A stretch of 64,000 nucleotides of DNA from a virus, in the IMG/VR virus record IMGVR_UViG_3300047994_000162, positions 4,536-68,535 of that record. The stretch is one strand, 5' to 3'. Shown piece by piece: positions 39,273 through 49,445 of this stretch. The first letter of the stretch is position 1, and each line of letters starts with the position of its first letter. Position numbers and translations under genes: made by a program. A model generated the notes under the pieces. The model made no database searches and was not told where the DNA came from. It saw only the letters and a program-made list of their open reading frames with translations.

Positions 39273-40292
39273 TTACTGATACGGCATCGAGATCAAGCGG
39301 AGCGCCTGATAGCGCGGCGCCCAGCCGGACGAAATGCGCCATTCCTGCAGGAAGTCGGTAGCGCCGCCGGCGAGCGGGCTGATGATCTCGCGCGGGGCCG
39401 CCATGTCGCAATACTGCGTCAGACAGACTTTCGCGCCCGGCATGATCTTGGCGAACTCGTTGGTGTTGACGGGCTGCTGGCCGGCCGGCTTGTCGACTTC
39501 GGGCATCGCGATGATGACCGCGTCGGTGCCATTCGCGCCGGCACCGATCAGGGTGTCGTCGTAGGCCCAGACCAGCGTGTCGCCGTTCGCCATCAAGATC
39601 TCCTTGACGGTGCCGGAGGTCGATGCGGTGCCGGCGCCGATGCGCTGATACTGCACAAGCTGGACGACGTTGTACTCGAACAAGCCGAGCGTGCGCTGGG
39701 GCCCCAAGATTGTGAACTTCTTGCCGAGGCCCAACTGATAGGTGCCGGTTTTGATGTTCAAGACTTGCTGCGCCAGGAAGAACGCCATCTGGCCGTTGTC
39801 GTAGGTGGTCGCGGTCGTGTTGCCGTAGGTGTCGGCCGGCAGATTGAGCGCGATCGCGTTGGGCGCATTCAGGATGCCCTCGCCGTTCTGCGGGTTCATA
39901 CCGAAGATCGCGGCATCGCGGGCAAGCTGGAAGTTCGCCTGACGGCCGCCGAGCCGATAGGCCTCCGGGACCGCAAAGCCCCAGCGCGCGCCAGCCGCGA
40001 CATCGTGATGATTGTACTGGTTCCGGACCTGCAACAGGTAGGTCGGAGCCGAGATCATCGTCGCCTGAATGTCGACGCTGGGCAGTTCCTGCGATCCCGC
40101 CTGGCTTGCCGCCATCTTGGTCCGCAGATTGAGTTGCTTCATGTACACCAGCAAGTCGTCCTCGCTGAGGCGCACCCGAAGCTGGCCGTCCGCGAACAGG
40201 TCGACGAAGCCGGATGCCTGGCTGTACTGGACGAGGAACTCCGGTTCGATGAAAGACGGGTTCAACGTCACGTAGGCGTGGGCCTGAATCAT
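39273..40292 (-). CDS. Major capsid protein
   Basis: 339 aa; IFG...EGILNAP, SGWAPRYQA; position; downstream terminator. Confidence 0.8.
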   Translation of the reverse strand: MIQAHAYVTLNPSFIEPEFLVQYSQASGFVDLFADGQLRVRLSEDDLLVYMKQLNLRTKMAASQAGSQELPSVDIQATMISAPTYLLQVRNQYNHHDVAAGARWGFAVPEAYRLGGRQANFQLARDAAIFGMNPQNGEGILNAPNAIALNLPADTYGNTTATTYDNGQMAFFLAQQVLNIKTGTYQLGLGKKFTILGPQRTLGLFEYNVVQLVQYQRIGAGTASTSGTVKEILMANGDTLVWAYDDTLIGAGANGTDAVIIAMPEVDKPAGQQPVNTNEFAKIMPGAKVCLTQYCDMAAPREIISPLAGGATDFLQEWRISSGWAPRYQALRLISMPYQ

Positions 40293-40334
40293 GGGTCTTG
40301 GCTCCTATCGGCCGTTCGTGGGTTGCTCGGCGCC

Positions 40335-41237
40335 TTAGCCGTTCGGGTTGAGGGCGATGACGGCGCAAGCGCCGTTGTAATTCCAAGTGGCTTGCTCGCC
40401 GATCGGATTGTAGCTGACGGTTTCGCAGTTGGCGCTCTGCACGTCCAGCACTTCGACGGCCAACGCGGCCGATGCAGCGCCGCCGACAGTCAGCGATCCG
40501 CCAGTGATGGCGGAAGCGCCGAGGCCGGCCGGAGCAAGGAACTGGACGTTCGTCCCATTGACCAGCGTGGACGTGAACGTGCCATTGAGGCTCGCGAAGG
40601 CGCCGGTGCCGGTCAGCGAGGCCAGCGTGATCGAGTCGCCAGCGTCGAAGGTCTGGGGCGCCGCCATCGTCAACGAGACAAGGCCGGTGGTGTTGTTGTA
40701 GGTGCCGCTGGAGATCGTCTGGGCGCCCAGGAACGGGACCAGCATTTGGTTCGTGAAATCCCACGAGACCTGCGGGAGAACCGACGAGCCGCGCAAGCTG
40801 ACCAGCGACGGGTCGCACGCCACCGCGATGCGGGCCAGCGAGCCCAACGGATACCAGTTTACGTGCATGCCGCTGGCGGCAAGCGGAACCGGCGATTGCG
40901 GGGTGGTGACCATCGCGTAGGCTTCATCGAACACCGAGAAACCGACCAGTTTCAGCGAGCCGGTCAACCCGGTGGCACGGCCGACCAAAGGCCCCAGCGT
41001 GTAGCTCGGCGCGCCGCCCGGGTTAATCATCGAGCCACCCGGCACGTTCGCATAGACGCCCACGCCTCCCCACATCGGGAGCGTTTCGTTGTTGGACAGG
41101 ATGCCGGCGCGCAAGCGATAGCGCGTCGAAGGATCTGCGTACGCGGTGCCCTGACGGAGGCCGGTCGACGTGGCGTTGAACAGCCCGGCGTTGCCGCTCA
41201 TCTGGCCGTAAGGATTGTAGGGGATCGTGGCGACCAT
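40335..41237 (-). CDS. Head decoration/cement protein with inserted beta-domain
   Basis: PMWGGV, GSLARIAV, VSWDF; between protease and capsid. Confidence 0.65.
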   Translation of the reverse strand: MVATIPYNPYGQMSGNAGLFNATSTGLRQGTAYADPSTRYRLRAGILSNNETLPMWGGVGVYANVPGGSMINPGGAPSYTLGPLVGRATGLTGSLKLVGFSVFDEAYAMVTTPQSPVPLAASGMHVNWYPLGSLARIAVACDPSLVSLRGSSVLPQVSWDFTNQMLVPFLGAQTISSGTYNNTTGLVSLTMAAPQTFDAGDSITLASLTGTGAFASLNGTFTSTLVNGTNVQFLAPAGLGASAITGGSLTVGGAASAALAVEVLDVQSANCETVSYNPIGEQATWNYNGACAVIALNPNG

Positions 41238-41293
41238 TTGAGCCGTCTCCTAAAGGGGTTGAGGCGATTTCCCTGTTTCGCTTCGGTGGCGGC

Positions 41294-43228
41294 TTACTTG
41301 CCGAGGTTCTGGTGCAAGAACGTGCCGGTCCCGCGAAGCTGGGTCGCCCCAGCCATCGGGTCCATCCACGTGCGCGGCTGGCCGAAGAACTCGCGGATGG
41401 TATGACCATCGCGCTTGCGCTCGACTTCCCGCAGGCGGCCATCCGGGACATTGACCGGGTTGCGCGCCGTTTCCTTGGCCTCGCGATACACCTGATCGCG
41501 GACGATGCCGAAGCTGGCGTCATCAGCGAACGCGGTCGCGACATCGGCCGGCTTCCACGTCGGGCTGTGCTCCTTGAGCATGCGGACGCATCGGCGCTCA
41601 TACAGGCCGGGCGTCTCGCCCTGCAACGGCCGCGGCGCGTTCATGCCGAAATCGGCGAACACTTCGTCGGCGCGAGCCTGGCAATCGGTCAGAGCGTGAT
41701 AATCCGCATCGTTCATGTCCTTGGGGATCATGCCACGGACCTCGTCCAACTTCTTGCGGATATCGATCGAGTCGGCCTTGGCCTTTTCCTCGGCGTCCTT
41801 TTTATCTTTTTCTTCTTTTTCTTTTTTCTCGGTTTCCTCGGCGTCTTTCTTGGCCTTGTCGGCCGCCAGCTGCTCGGGGTCGCCCTTCTCGCGCTTTTCC
41901 TTTTCCTCGGCATCGCGGCGCGACTTGGAATCCATTTCCATGGAGTCCATCCGCTTCGCCAGCGAACCGACCGAGTCAGCGATCGCCTTCACGCTGTCGA
42001 CAACGGTGGAAAGCAATTTGCCGGCGTCGGCGTCCTTGCGCTCCTTGTCTTCGTTGTCCTTTTTCTCTTTTTCCTCAGCGTCCTTTTTGGCCTTTTCCTC
42101 GGCGTCGGCTTTCGCCTTTTCCTCGGCGTCCTTGCGGGCCGCTTCTTCCGCGTCCTGTTTGGCCTTTAGTTCCGCCTCGGTCATCGCTGAGTCCTCTCGT
42201 GATTCGGATCGAATGCCTGACGGCCCTTCGCCTTTGTCCCATACGCCCAATTCACACAGGGCGATATGATCTACTAGACTTGGGTCGCCCTCGAACAGAA
42301 CCTTTTGCTTCGAACCGTCTCGTAGATGCAGCGTCATCTTTCGATTGACGCTCCAGTCCGCGAAATTCACTCCGGGCGAAGTCGAAAGGTCCCCCTCTGC
42401 CATCATGCGGGCGACGTCATCGACGTAAATCTTGACGACAGCCCACACCTCGTCCCCAGCGATATACGGCAAAAACGTGGTCCCCACAACACGATCAGTA
42501 AACTCGTCGCTGGTCAGCAGCGCGGTCTTGGGGTGTTTGAAGATCACAGGCAGCCCGTTGCATCGCTGCAAGAACTCGTCGTTTAGGTAGATTTGCGCGG
42601 GCCTGTGGACAAATTCCTCGCCCTTGGTCCGGAACGCCACATCGGTGCCAGTGATGCGAATCGCGAACAGCCACATGTTCTCGTATCGCTGCGGCGAGAT
42701 CAGCCGGCCGTCGGCGATCGCTCGGGCGACGCCCAATTCGTTCAAAGTGATTCGGTCGAGCGCGATCTGGCATCCGGGATGGATCGGCTGCGGCGGTGCA
42801 TTCAGCGGCGCCCAGGCATAGCCATCATGCTCGTCGTTGATGACCGGCGTGAACTCATCGTCGACCCGCAACAGATACGTCGTGAAATCGACCGTCGGCA
42901 GCAACGCCACCGGCTGGGGCGGGACATCGACGATGGGAACAACCGGCGCGCCCTCCGAAACAGGGAGAATCGGGGACGCGCCGATGCCCGCCACGCCCTT
43001 GGGCGCGGAGCCTTTTGTTCTGGTGTGGAAAACTAGCAGGCCATCCGGGAGAAACCCGATCTCCTCGCGGCACTCCCGCTTGGCGCAATCCTCGGCTGAT
43101 TCGCCTTCCTCGCGACCGCCGCCCGGGAAATCCCAGCAGTCGCCGCAATCGGGTGCGTCGATGCGTCGCTTGAGAAACAGCGCATTGCCGGTCGACGCTA
43201 CGATCAGAATGCCCGCGGCCTTGTTCAT
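41294..43228 (-). CDS. NUDIX hydrolase-DUF2213-like prohead protease-scaffold fusion
   Basis: Nudix box [24 protein letters not shown]; PVIFKHP, LSTSPG, DHIALC; acidic/basic KKDAEE scaffold tail. Confidence 0.8.
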   Translation of the reverse strand: MNKAAGILIVASTGNALFLKRRIDAPDCGDCWDFPGGGREEGESAEDCAKRECREEIGFLPDGLLVFHTRTKGSAPKGVAGIGASPILPVSEGAPVVPIVDVPPQPVALLPTVDFTTYLLRVDDEFTPVINDEHDGYAWAPLNAPPQPIHPGCQIALDRITLNELGVARAIADGRLISPQRYENMWLFAIRITGTDVAFRTKGEEFVHRPAQIYLNDEFLQRCNGLPVIFKHPKTALLTSDEFTDRVVGTTFLPYIAGDEVWAVVKIYVDDVARMMAEGDLSTSPGVNFADWSVNRKMTLHLRDGSKQKVLFEGDPSLVDHIALCELGVWDKGEGPSGIRSESREDSAMTEAELKAKQDAEEAARKDAEEKAKADAEEKAKKDAEEKEKKDNEDKERKDADAGKLLSTVVDSVKAIADSVGSLAKRMDSMEMDSKSRRDAEEKEKREKGDPEQLAADKAKKDAEETEKKEKEEKDKKDAEEKAKADSIDIRKKLDEVRGMIPKDMNDADYHALTDCQARADEVFADFGMNAPRPLQGETPGLYERRCVRMLKEHSPTWKPADVATAFADDASFGIVRDQVYREAKETARNPVNVPDGRLREVERKRDGHTIREFFGQPRTWMDPMAGATQLRGTGTFLHQNLGK

Positions 43229-43428
43229 TTCGGACTTTTGGACCCCGCCCCGCCCGCGTCGCACGCGGCCCTCATCTGATCGACACTGTCGCACATCGCC
43301 TGCACGGCGTCACCCCGGGCCTTGCTGTAGGCGATCGCCTCGGCTTGCTTGGGCGGTTTGCCGGCGTTGATCTCGGTCGCGATATTCGCGCTGACCGCCT
43401 GGCGCGAGGATCCAGATTGCAACGGCAT
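43225..43428 (-). CDS. Small head-associated protein
   Basis: MPL.SGSS..AVSANI...GKPPKQA.AIAYSKA. Confidence 0.65.
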   Translation of the reverse strand: MPLQSGSSRQAVSANIATEINAGKPPKQAEAIAYSKARGDAVQAMCDSVDQMRAACDAGGAGSKSPK

Positions 43429-43434
43429 TCCGCA

Positions 43435-44094
43435 TCACTCCTTGAGCATCGCCCCGAGGCCAGCTTTATCGAAGGCCGCGAAAACGTCGTCAAGCCACGC
43501 CCCGACATAGCCGCGCTGGACGCGGGATTGCTTCGGGTCGGTCGCGAACTTGGCGAATGGCGTACCCAGCCGATCGAGCGCCTCATATGACGATTGGTCC
43601 ATGTTCGGTATCTCGATCGAGTTGCCGCCGGTGGCGACGAACGAGGCGTCCGGGCTGGTCTTGTTCTGGACGTGGATCACCTTGGCGCCGGCAAAGCCGG
43701 ATATCACGTTGTCGACCTCGCGGCTGGACGCGACGTTCGGGCCGACGACATGCACCACCACCAGCCGCAAGACGCCGTTGCGGACGTCCTCCATCAGCTT
43801 GATGCGATCGAACGCCTTCATGATCGGGGTCAGCAGGCCAGCCCGGCAATCGACGACCGTCACGGCATCGCTGCCGGCGGCATCGACCAGCTTCATTTGC
43901 CCCGGGACAGTGTCGACATTCAGGGACTCGGTGTCCGGAAAGAACCGGCGCAGCGCAGCGTCGCCGTTTTCGGTGTCGAACGATCGGATGGCGGCCCCGC
44001 GTTTGGCCGCATAGTCGAGGATGGCGCGCGAGACGGTGGTTTTGCCGACGCCGCCCTTATCGGCGCCGACGATTACGATCAGTGGTGAGGTCAT
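43435..44094 (-). CDS. ParA/MinD-like ATPase
   Basis: Deviant Walker A ADKGGVGKTT; Walker B TVVDCRAG. Confidence 0.85.
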   Translation of the reverse strand: MTSPLIVIVGADKGGVGKTTVSRAILDYAAKRGAAIRSFDTENGDAALRRFFPDTESLNVDTVPGQMKLVDAAGSDAVTVVDCRAGLLTPIMKAFDRIKLMEDVRNGVLRLVVVHVVGPNVASSREVDNVISGFAGAKVIHVQNKTSPDASFVATGGNSIEIPNMDQSSYEALDRLGTPFAKFATDPKQSRVQRGYVGAWLDDVFAAFDKAGLGAMLKE

Positions 44095-44126
44095 GGCTGT
44101 GGCTCCCTGTTGAATCAGCGGAACCT

Positions 44127-45284
44127 CTATACCACGGATTTCCCCAGCCGGCGGCGATCGAGATCATTCGCCTGGCGCTGGAGGCGATCCAGCCGGCGCC
44201 GCATGGCCTCGTAGCCCACGGCCGCCTCCGGGACAGGCCCAGCATCGTCCGTGCGCGCGCCTTGGATCTCGAACAGCGCGCAATGGCCGTTGAAATTGAT
44301 CGATCCCTCGACCGCCGTGCATTGATTGGCGCGTGGATCGAGCCCGGGCTGGAACATGCTGCATCGCACGCATCGCGTGACCTTGCCGGGCCACCACGTC
44401 AGATATTTGGCGTCCCGCTGGGTGGCGCGATCGTCAGCCGCATCCGTGCGCGCCGTGATATCGCCGCCCGCGATCTTGGCCCGCACCGCGGCCAGCATGT
44501 CGCGACCCTTGACGGTCAGCATCGCCTCCGGGAGGTCGCGAATGTTGTAAATCCAGATCATGTAGCATCGGCAGAACGGCTCCTGGCCGGGCGCGCTGAT
44601 CTCGTCGTAATAGCCGACGGCCGCCCGCTTCACGAGGCCGGCGCGGTGTGCCCAGCTATCTCGGATCAGATAGATTTTGTCGTCCCGCTCCTTGTGATCC
44701 TCGCGGTAATCGTAGCCGGCCTGCCGATAGTTCGAGCGCCAGCGTCCAGCGATCGCGCCGCCGTCGGCCGCTACAATCTCGGAAATCGTCGACACCAGCT
44801 TGTGGCCCTGATCGATCAGCACGCGCCGTTCCTCGAACGGGAGCGATGCCAGCGATTTGCGGACGTTCTTTTTGACCTCGGACTTCTTTTCGGCCGACAC
44901 ACCGCCCGGATGAATCGATGTCGACCAGCCCTCAAACCGCGCCAGCGTCTTGTCGATCGCCTCGGCGCGTTTCAGCTTGATGAGGTTCGCGGACGCGATG
45001 ATGCGGCGGTCCAGTTCGGAGCGCAGCGCCGGCTTGATGTTCTCCAGCGTATAGCGCGCCACGCCGGGATTGTATTTCAGCACCCCGCCCTGATCGACCA
45101 TCTTTTTGTAAATCGCCGCCAGCCCCTCGTTGAGTTGCTGTTCCAGCGATGCCGGCGATACCAGCGACGTCTCGGCGGCCAGCCGCAACTCGCGCTTCCA
45201 CCGTTCGATGCGCTCCATCGAATCGAAGCCATGGTCGACGATGTCGGCGATCGCCTCGGCCAGCACGTCGCTAAAGGATTTCAT
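44127..45284 (-). CDS. MuF-like minor head protein with C-terminal HiPIP-like domain
   Basis: REDH..RD.K.Y, PGQEPFCRC; extension RCVRCSMF...CTAVEGSINFNGHCALF. Confidence 0.8.
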   Translation of the reverse strand: MKSFSDVLAEAIADIVDHGFDSMERIERWKRELRLAAETSLVSPASLEQQLNEGLAAIYKKMVDQGGVLKYNPGVARYTLENIKPALRSELDRRIIASANLIKLKRAEAIDKTLARFEGWSTSIHPGGVSAEKKSEVKKNVRKSLASLPFEERRVLIDQGHKLVSTISEIVAADGGAIAGRWRSNYRQAGYDYREDHKERDDKIYLIRDSWAHRAGLVKRAAVGYYDEISAPGQEPFCRCYMIWIYNIRDLPEAMLTVKGRDMLAAVRAKIAGGDITARTDAADDRATQRDAKYLTWWPGKVTRCVRCSMFQPGLDPRANQCTAVEGSINFNGHCALFEIQGARTDDAGPVPEAAVGYEAMRRRLDRLQRQANDLDRRRLGKSVV

Positions 45285-45448
45285 TTTTGGCCCGGGGAGC
45301 TGATGTTGAACGCCTCGTAGGCGCGCTGCTGGCGGATATGAACAGGATGGCCCGGCACCTTGAGCTCGCGGCCGAACAGCATCATCACCACGTCCCAATA
45401 GCTGAGTTCGGCGACCGTCGACAGGTCGGGTTTCAACGACAGCTTCAT
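45281..45448 (-). CDS. Small hypothetical protein (55 aa)
   Basis: Translated by hand (MKLSLKPDLS...); ATGA overlap with MuF. Confidence 0.5.
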   Translation of the reverse strand: MKLSLKPDLSTVAELSYWDVVMMLFGRELKVPGHPVHIRQQRAYEAFNISSPGQK

Positions 45449-45458
45449 GGCGTCCCCG

Positions 45459-47021
45459 TTAATTCGTGTGCGCGTGGCCGTTCAATTTCCCGTTCGCCTT
45501 GGCGCCCAAGATCGGGCTTTTCTCCATCATGTGCACCAGATCGAGCAACTCGGTGTCGTCCATCTTTCGCATCCGGCGCCGCCGCGCGGTGGCGGTGTCC
45601 GCCTTGGCGAGGTTCGGCTTGGGCTCGGCCGGCTCGCCTGGCGTCATCATCGGCTGGGGCGGCTCGTAGGTCGCGATCGCCTCGATGTCGAGGTTGAGCG
45701 GGCTTTGGAACATCATCTTGTTCTCGTTGATGTTGTCCTGTGCCCACGACATCAGCGTCGCCTTGTTTTCCGGGTCCATCATGGGCCCGAAGATCTCGAC
45801 GGCCTCCAGAATGGCCTCCAGCTTGACCTTGTCGGTTTCGACCTTGTCGCTATCGGGCTCGGTCAGCAGCGACGGCCATTGCGGGTTGAACGAGTTTTGC
45901 CATTTGTAGAACGCCTGATCGTAGGTCATGGCGGCGTATTCCGGGACGTCGGCCTTGAGGCTTTCGAAGAACTCCGGGTTCCACGCGCGGCGCATCACGA
46001 TGTTGTCCATGAAGCGGTAGGCCGGGCTAAGCTGGCGCCGGGTGCGATCGACCCAGCGCGCGACTTTCTTGGCGTCCTCGGTGCCCTCGCCGAAGCCTTC
46101 GACGAACGTCTCGTCTTTCAGAACCACCGCCGGCATGTCGCCCGCGATCGCGATGTTGTCGAGGATATCGTTGCGCGCCATGCCGAACGCCTTGTCGATG
46201 TTCTGCATGTTGAGGGTTTCGATCTTTTCGTCCGGCCCGATCGAGATCACGTTCCCGTTGGTGGCCTCCTTGACGAACAGCCGCTTGAGGCCGGCGCTGG
46301 CCTGCATGATCGCGTCGATGATGGCGCCCGCGGTCTTGAGCGTCGCGATGAACACGCCGGCTTTCTTGACCACCAGATCGTCGGTGACCATCGTCTGAAT
46401 GTAGGATTTCAGCGGAAAGAGGGCGCGCTGGAAAACAGACCGGCCGACGAACCCGAATGCCGATGCCGTGTAAGCGATATAGACCGGACGCTCGTGCATC
46501 AGCGTCACGGTGCGGCTGCGGTGGAACGCCTTGCCGCTGACCGCGATCGTGGTGACCTTTTGGAAGTCGATGGACAGCGGGTCTTGATTCAGCACGATGC
46601 TGCCGGCGGTGTTCAGCGGATCATAGACCGAGAACGAAATCTTAAGGTCCGCCAGCTTTTTCCAATCGATCGAATCGTTCGGCTCAAGTCCATCGACCAT
46701 CAGCGCCAGCGTCGCGACCCCGTAGGCCCGCGACACGGAGGCGAAATTCAGGATGATGTCGTCGGCGCCGATGCGCTCCCATTCATCGCGGAATTGCTTG
46801 CTGATGCGTTCCTCGCCAGGCCCCGGGACGGCGATCTCGCGCTCCTGCGATTGCGCCATTTCGATCGGGGACTGGACCATCTTGTTGCCCAGCGGATGGT
46901 AGAGCCAAATCGTCTTACACAATTCGTAGGACGGCTGATCGCCGGGCATGATTTCGGGAGCCTCAAGAAGCTCCGTCAGCGTATTGCCGAGCGAACTGCC
47001 GTTGACGACGATCGAGCCCAT
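45459..47021 (-). CDS. Portal protein (DUF1073-like)
   Basis: 520 aa after terminase; SRAYG, GRSVFQ, WPSLL. Confidence 0.8.
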   Translation of the reverse strand: MGSIVVNGSSLGNTLTELLEAPEIMPGDQPSYELCKTIWLYHPLGNKMVQSPIEMAQSQEREIAVPGPGEERISKQFRDEWERIGADDIILNFASVSRAYGVATLALMVDGLEPNDSIDWKKLADLKISFSVYDPLNTAGSIVLNQDPLSIDFQKVTTIAVSGKAFHRSRTVTLMHERPVYIAYTASAFGFVGRSVFQRALFPLKSYIQTMVTDDLVVKKAGVFIATLKTAGAIIDAIMQASAGLKRLFVKEATNGNVISIGPDEKIETLNMQNIDKAFGMARNDILDNIAIAGDMPAVVLKDETFVEGFGEGTEDAKKVARWVDRTRRQLSPAYRFMDNIVMRRAWNPEFFESLKADVPEYAAMTYDQAFYKWQNSFNPQWPSLLTEPDSDKVETDKVKLEAILEAVEIFGPMMDPENKATLMSWAQDNINENKMMFQSPLNLDIEAIATYEPPQPMMTPGEPAEPKPNLAKADTATARRRRMRKMDDTELLDLVHMMEKSPILGAKANGKLNGHAHTN

Positions 47022-47027
47022 GACCTG

Positions 47028-47375
47028 TTATCCTTTCGGCTGATCGCCGGGCGGCGTCCAATTCGACTGCGGCTGGATCAGCGGGGCTTTCTTCATGCCC
47101 TCGTCGAACGCCGCTTTGATACTGTTCCGCAGGCTGGCGATCGTCGCCAGATCGCCCTGGAACACCTGACCCATGAAGTTGCCCGCCTCGAACGCGATGC
47201 TGCACAGCACAACATGCGGCGGGATGCCGGGGCAAGACATCAGCAGGCCGCGCACCAGCACGTGCACGGATGGCTGAATCAGCGGCTTGATGCGCGCGAG
47301 GGCCTGATCGGCTGCGGTGACTTGGTCGGCCGTCGGCATATTGGCGGGCGCTTGCCCGTTCTTCTGGTCGGTCAT
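47028..47375 (-). CDS. Hypothetical protein
   Basis: AACAGGGAA RBS; between terminase and portal. Confidence 0.55.
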   Translation of the reverse strand: MTDQKNGQAPANMPTADQVTAADQALARIKPLIQPSVHVLVRGLLMSCPGIPPHVVLCSIAFEAGNFMGQVFQGDLATIASLRNSIKAAFDEGMKKAPLIQPQSNWTPPGDQPKG

Positions 47376-47494
47376 GGTGGATTTTCCCTGTTGATGATGG
47401 CGCCGCACGCGACGGGGCAGGAACGCTGGCATCAGAGATCCTCCCGATTTGCCGGATGCGACGGCCGCACCATACGGGAAAGCCGGGCCGGACG

Positions 47495-48844
47495 CTAGAA
47501 ACCCTCGGAGTTGCCCAGCGCGATCGCGGCGCCATAGGTGGCGCAATCGAGCAAATCGTCCTGACGCTTGCGGGCGTCTTTATCGCCGATCTTGAAGCCG
47601 ACGACCTGTGATCGGAAGTGATTCAGGGTTTTCCCCTTGTAGTTTTTGGTCTTGGTGAACGCCTGGCGGCTGATCTTGACCAGCCCACGGTAGAAATAGC
47701 CCGACACCGAGATCGCGCGTTCGTCCTTGCCCATGGCGGTCAGCTTCGAATCGATCGGGAACACCCGAAGCCCGCGGTTCTTGGCCTGCTGGAGCAAGAT
47801 GGTGCCCGACGACTTGTCCTCGATGAAGGCGCCCAGAAAGCCTTTCGACGCCTTGCACTGGATTGCGGCGTCGGTCCCGATATCGAACACCCCGGGCAAC
47901 CACGTTTCCAGCATGGCGCCCTCGATCTGGACGACGTCCCAATCCAGAATGACCAGCCGATGCGCCGGCCCCAGCAGGCCGTTCGCCCCGACCGGGCGGA
48001 TATTGTTCCGAATCAGCGCCCACCAGACAACGCCGGTGCCGTCATTCAGCGTCCCGGTCTTGGACGCCGAATCGATGGTCGCGAAGATTGCCTCGCACCG
48101 GAGCGGCCATTCGACCGGGTTGCCATCCTGAAGCATCTTGTCGAGGGCGAAGAATTGGGCGCCGGACCAGTCGACGAAGTCGGCCAGATACTCCTGCTGA
48201 TAGACCAGCGGTTCGTTGTCGCGCTCGAATGCCGCGACCTCGTCAGCCGGCAGGAACGGGTTCGATCGGCTGGGCGCGTGGAATTGGACAAAGCCATGCT
48301 TCACGTCGTGGCAAATCTCATAAAGGAAGTTCTCGGGGTCGATGCCGGCGGTGTTCGACATCATCAGCGCGCGGCCACGGTAGTCGACCAGCGTGGGGCG
48401 CGCCGATCGCTTCCACCAGTTGATCGTGTTCGGCTTCGTGAACGCCACCTCGTCGCCGATGATCCGGTGATACTTTCGGGACCGGCCAGCGTTTTCATCC
48501 TCCAGCGACCAGAACTCGACGGCGCCGCCGGTGATGGTGCGGATCATGCCCCGCGTCTTGTCCGATGATTTCACGATCGGGTGCAACGCCTCCCGGATGA
48601 CCTGATACGATTCGGACAGTCGCTTGTTCTCGGGCGCGAACCAGCCGACCAGCCGACCATGGCTGGCATCGTCAATCGCGACGCCCTCGCCCAGGACGTT
48701 CTTGCCGAACCGGCGCCCGCACCGCGCGGCCACGAATCGGGTTTGCGACATCAGCCATCGCAGCTTCGCTTGCGCCTTGTGATACTCGGGCAGCGCGACG
48801 GTCGCTCTGGCGTAATTCGGCTGGAGGGGCGAGATCGCGTTCAT
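47495..48844 (-). CDS. terL: Terminase large subunit
   Basis: CGRRFGK Walker A, IIGDEVAF Walker B, IEDKSSG and DDLLD nuclease motifs. Confidence 0.92.
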   Translation of the reverse strand: MNAISPLQPNYARATVALPEYHKAQAKLRWLMSQTRFVAARCGRRFGKNVLGEGVAIDDASHGRLVGWFAPENKRLSESYQVIREALHPIVKSSDKTRGMIRTITGGAVEFWSLEDENAGRSRKYHRIIGDEVAFTKPNTINWWKRSARPTLVDYRGRALMMSNTAGIDPENFLYEICHDVKHGFVQFHAPSRSNPFLPADEVAAFERDNEPLVYQQEYLADFVDWSGAQFFALDKMLQDGNPVEWPLRCEAIFATIDSASKTGTLNDGTGVVWWALIRNNIRPVGANGLLGPAHRLVILDWDVVQIEGAMLETWLPGVFDIGTDAAIQCKASKGFLGAFIEDKSSGTILLQQAKNRGLRVFPIDSKLTAMGKDERAISVSGYFYRGLVKISRQAFTKTKNYKGKTLNHFRSQVVGFKIGDKDARKRQDDLLDCATYGAAIALGNSEGF

Positions 48845-49440
48845 CCGGCAGCCTTAGACGGCATCGGCACGATTTCGCCGGCAATCACCTTGCGGTCCTC
48901 GACGCCATCCTCGGCCGACACGATATCGCCGGGCTGGAATTGTGCCGGCGCATTGATCGGCGCCGAGAACTCATCCGGCATGCCGCCCGTCACCACGACC
49001 TCGTTGACGATCTGCTGGCCGACCATGACGGCCGACAGCTTGGGCGACTCATAGCTGGCGGCACCCAGCGCGGTGTCTTTCGCCAGCACGGCGTATTCCT
49101 TGAACAGCGCGGCATCATAATTCGGGTTTCCATTGACCAGCTTGCCGCTCGTCGGGTCGCGGGTCCAATTCGGATAAGGCTGGTAGAACGCCGCCAGCCC
49201 GGCGAAAAGCCGCGCGAAATCGAACGCGATGTCCTTCATCAGCTTTTGCGGCGTCCGATCTACGATCTCCTGCGCGGCCTGTGGCGTCACCATCCCGGTG
49301 GCGACCAGACGGTCGGCAGCGGCTTTGCTCTCGGCCGAGATTGCCGCCGCCAGTTCGGCGCGCGCTTTCGCCTCGCGCTCCAATGTCGCCTTGTTCTTGG
49401 AGCCCTTGCGTTTTCCGCCGGTTTTTTTGCCGATCGCCAT
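48841..49440 (-). CDS. terS: Terminase small subunit
   Basis: GKKTGG.RKGSKNK, AASYESPKL; directly upstream of terL. Confidence 0.7.
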   Translation of the reverse strand: MAIGKKTGGKRKGSKNKATLEREAKARAELAAAISAESKAAADRLVATGMVTPQAAQEIVDRTPQKLMKDIAFDFARLFAGLAAFYQPYPNWTRDPTSGKLVNGNPNYDAALFKEYAVLAKDTALGAASYESPKLSAVMVGQQIVNEVVVTGGMPDEFSAPINAPAQFQPGDIVSAEDGVEDRKVIAGEIVPMPSKAAG

Positions 49441-49445
49441 GGGTT

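Noticed and set aside
38103-41405. 1100-aa plus-strand ORF (and similar long ones such as 45447-47498)
   Set aside because: Antisense shadows of capsid and portal genes, expected in high-GC coding DNA; no motifs
41790-42170. Low-complexity DNA repeats (tcctcggcgtc...)
   Set aside because: Explained by KKDAEE repeats of the scaffold domain
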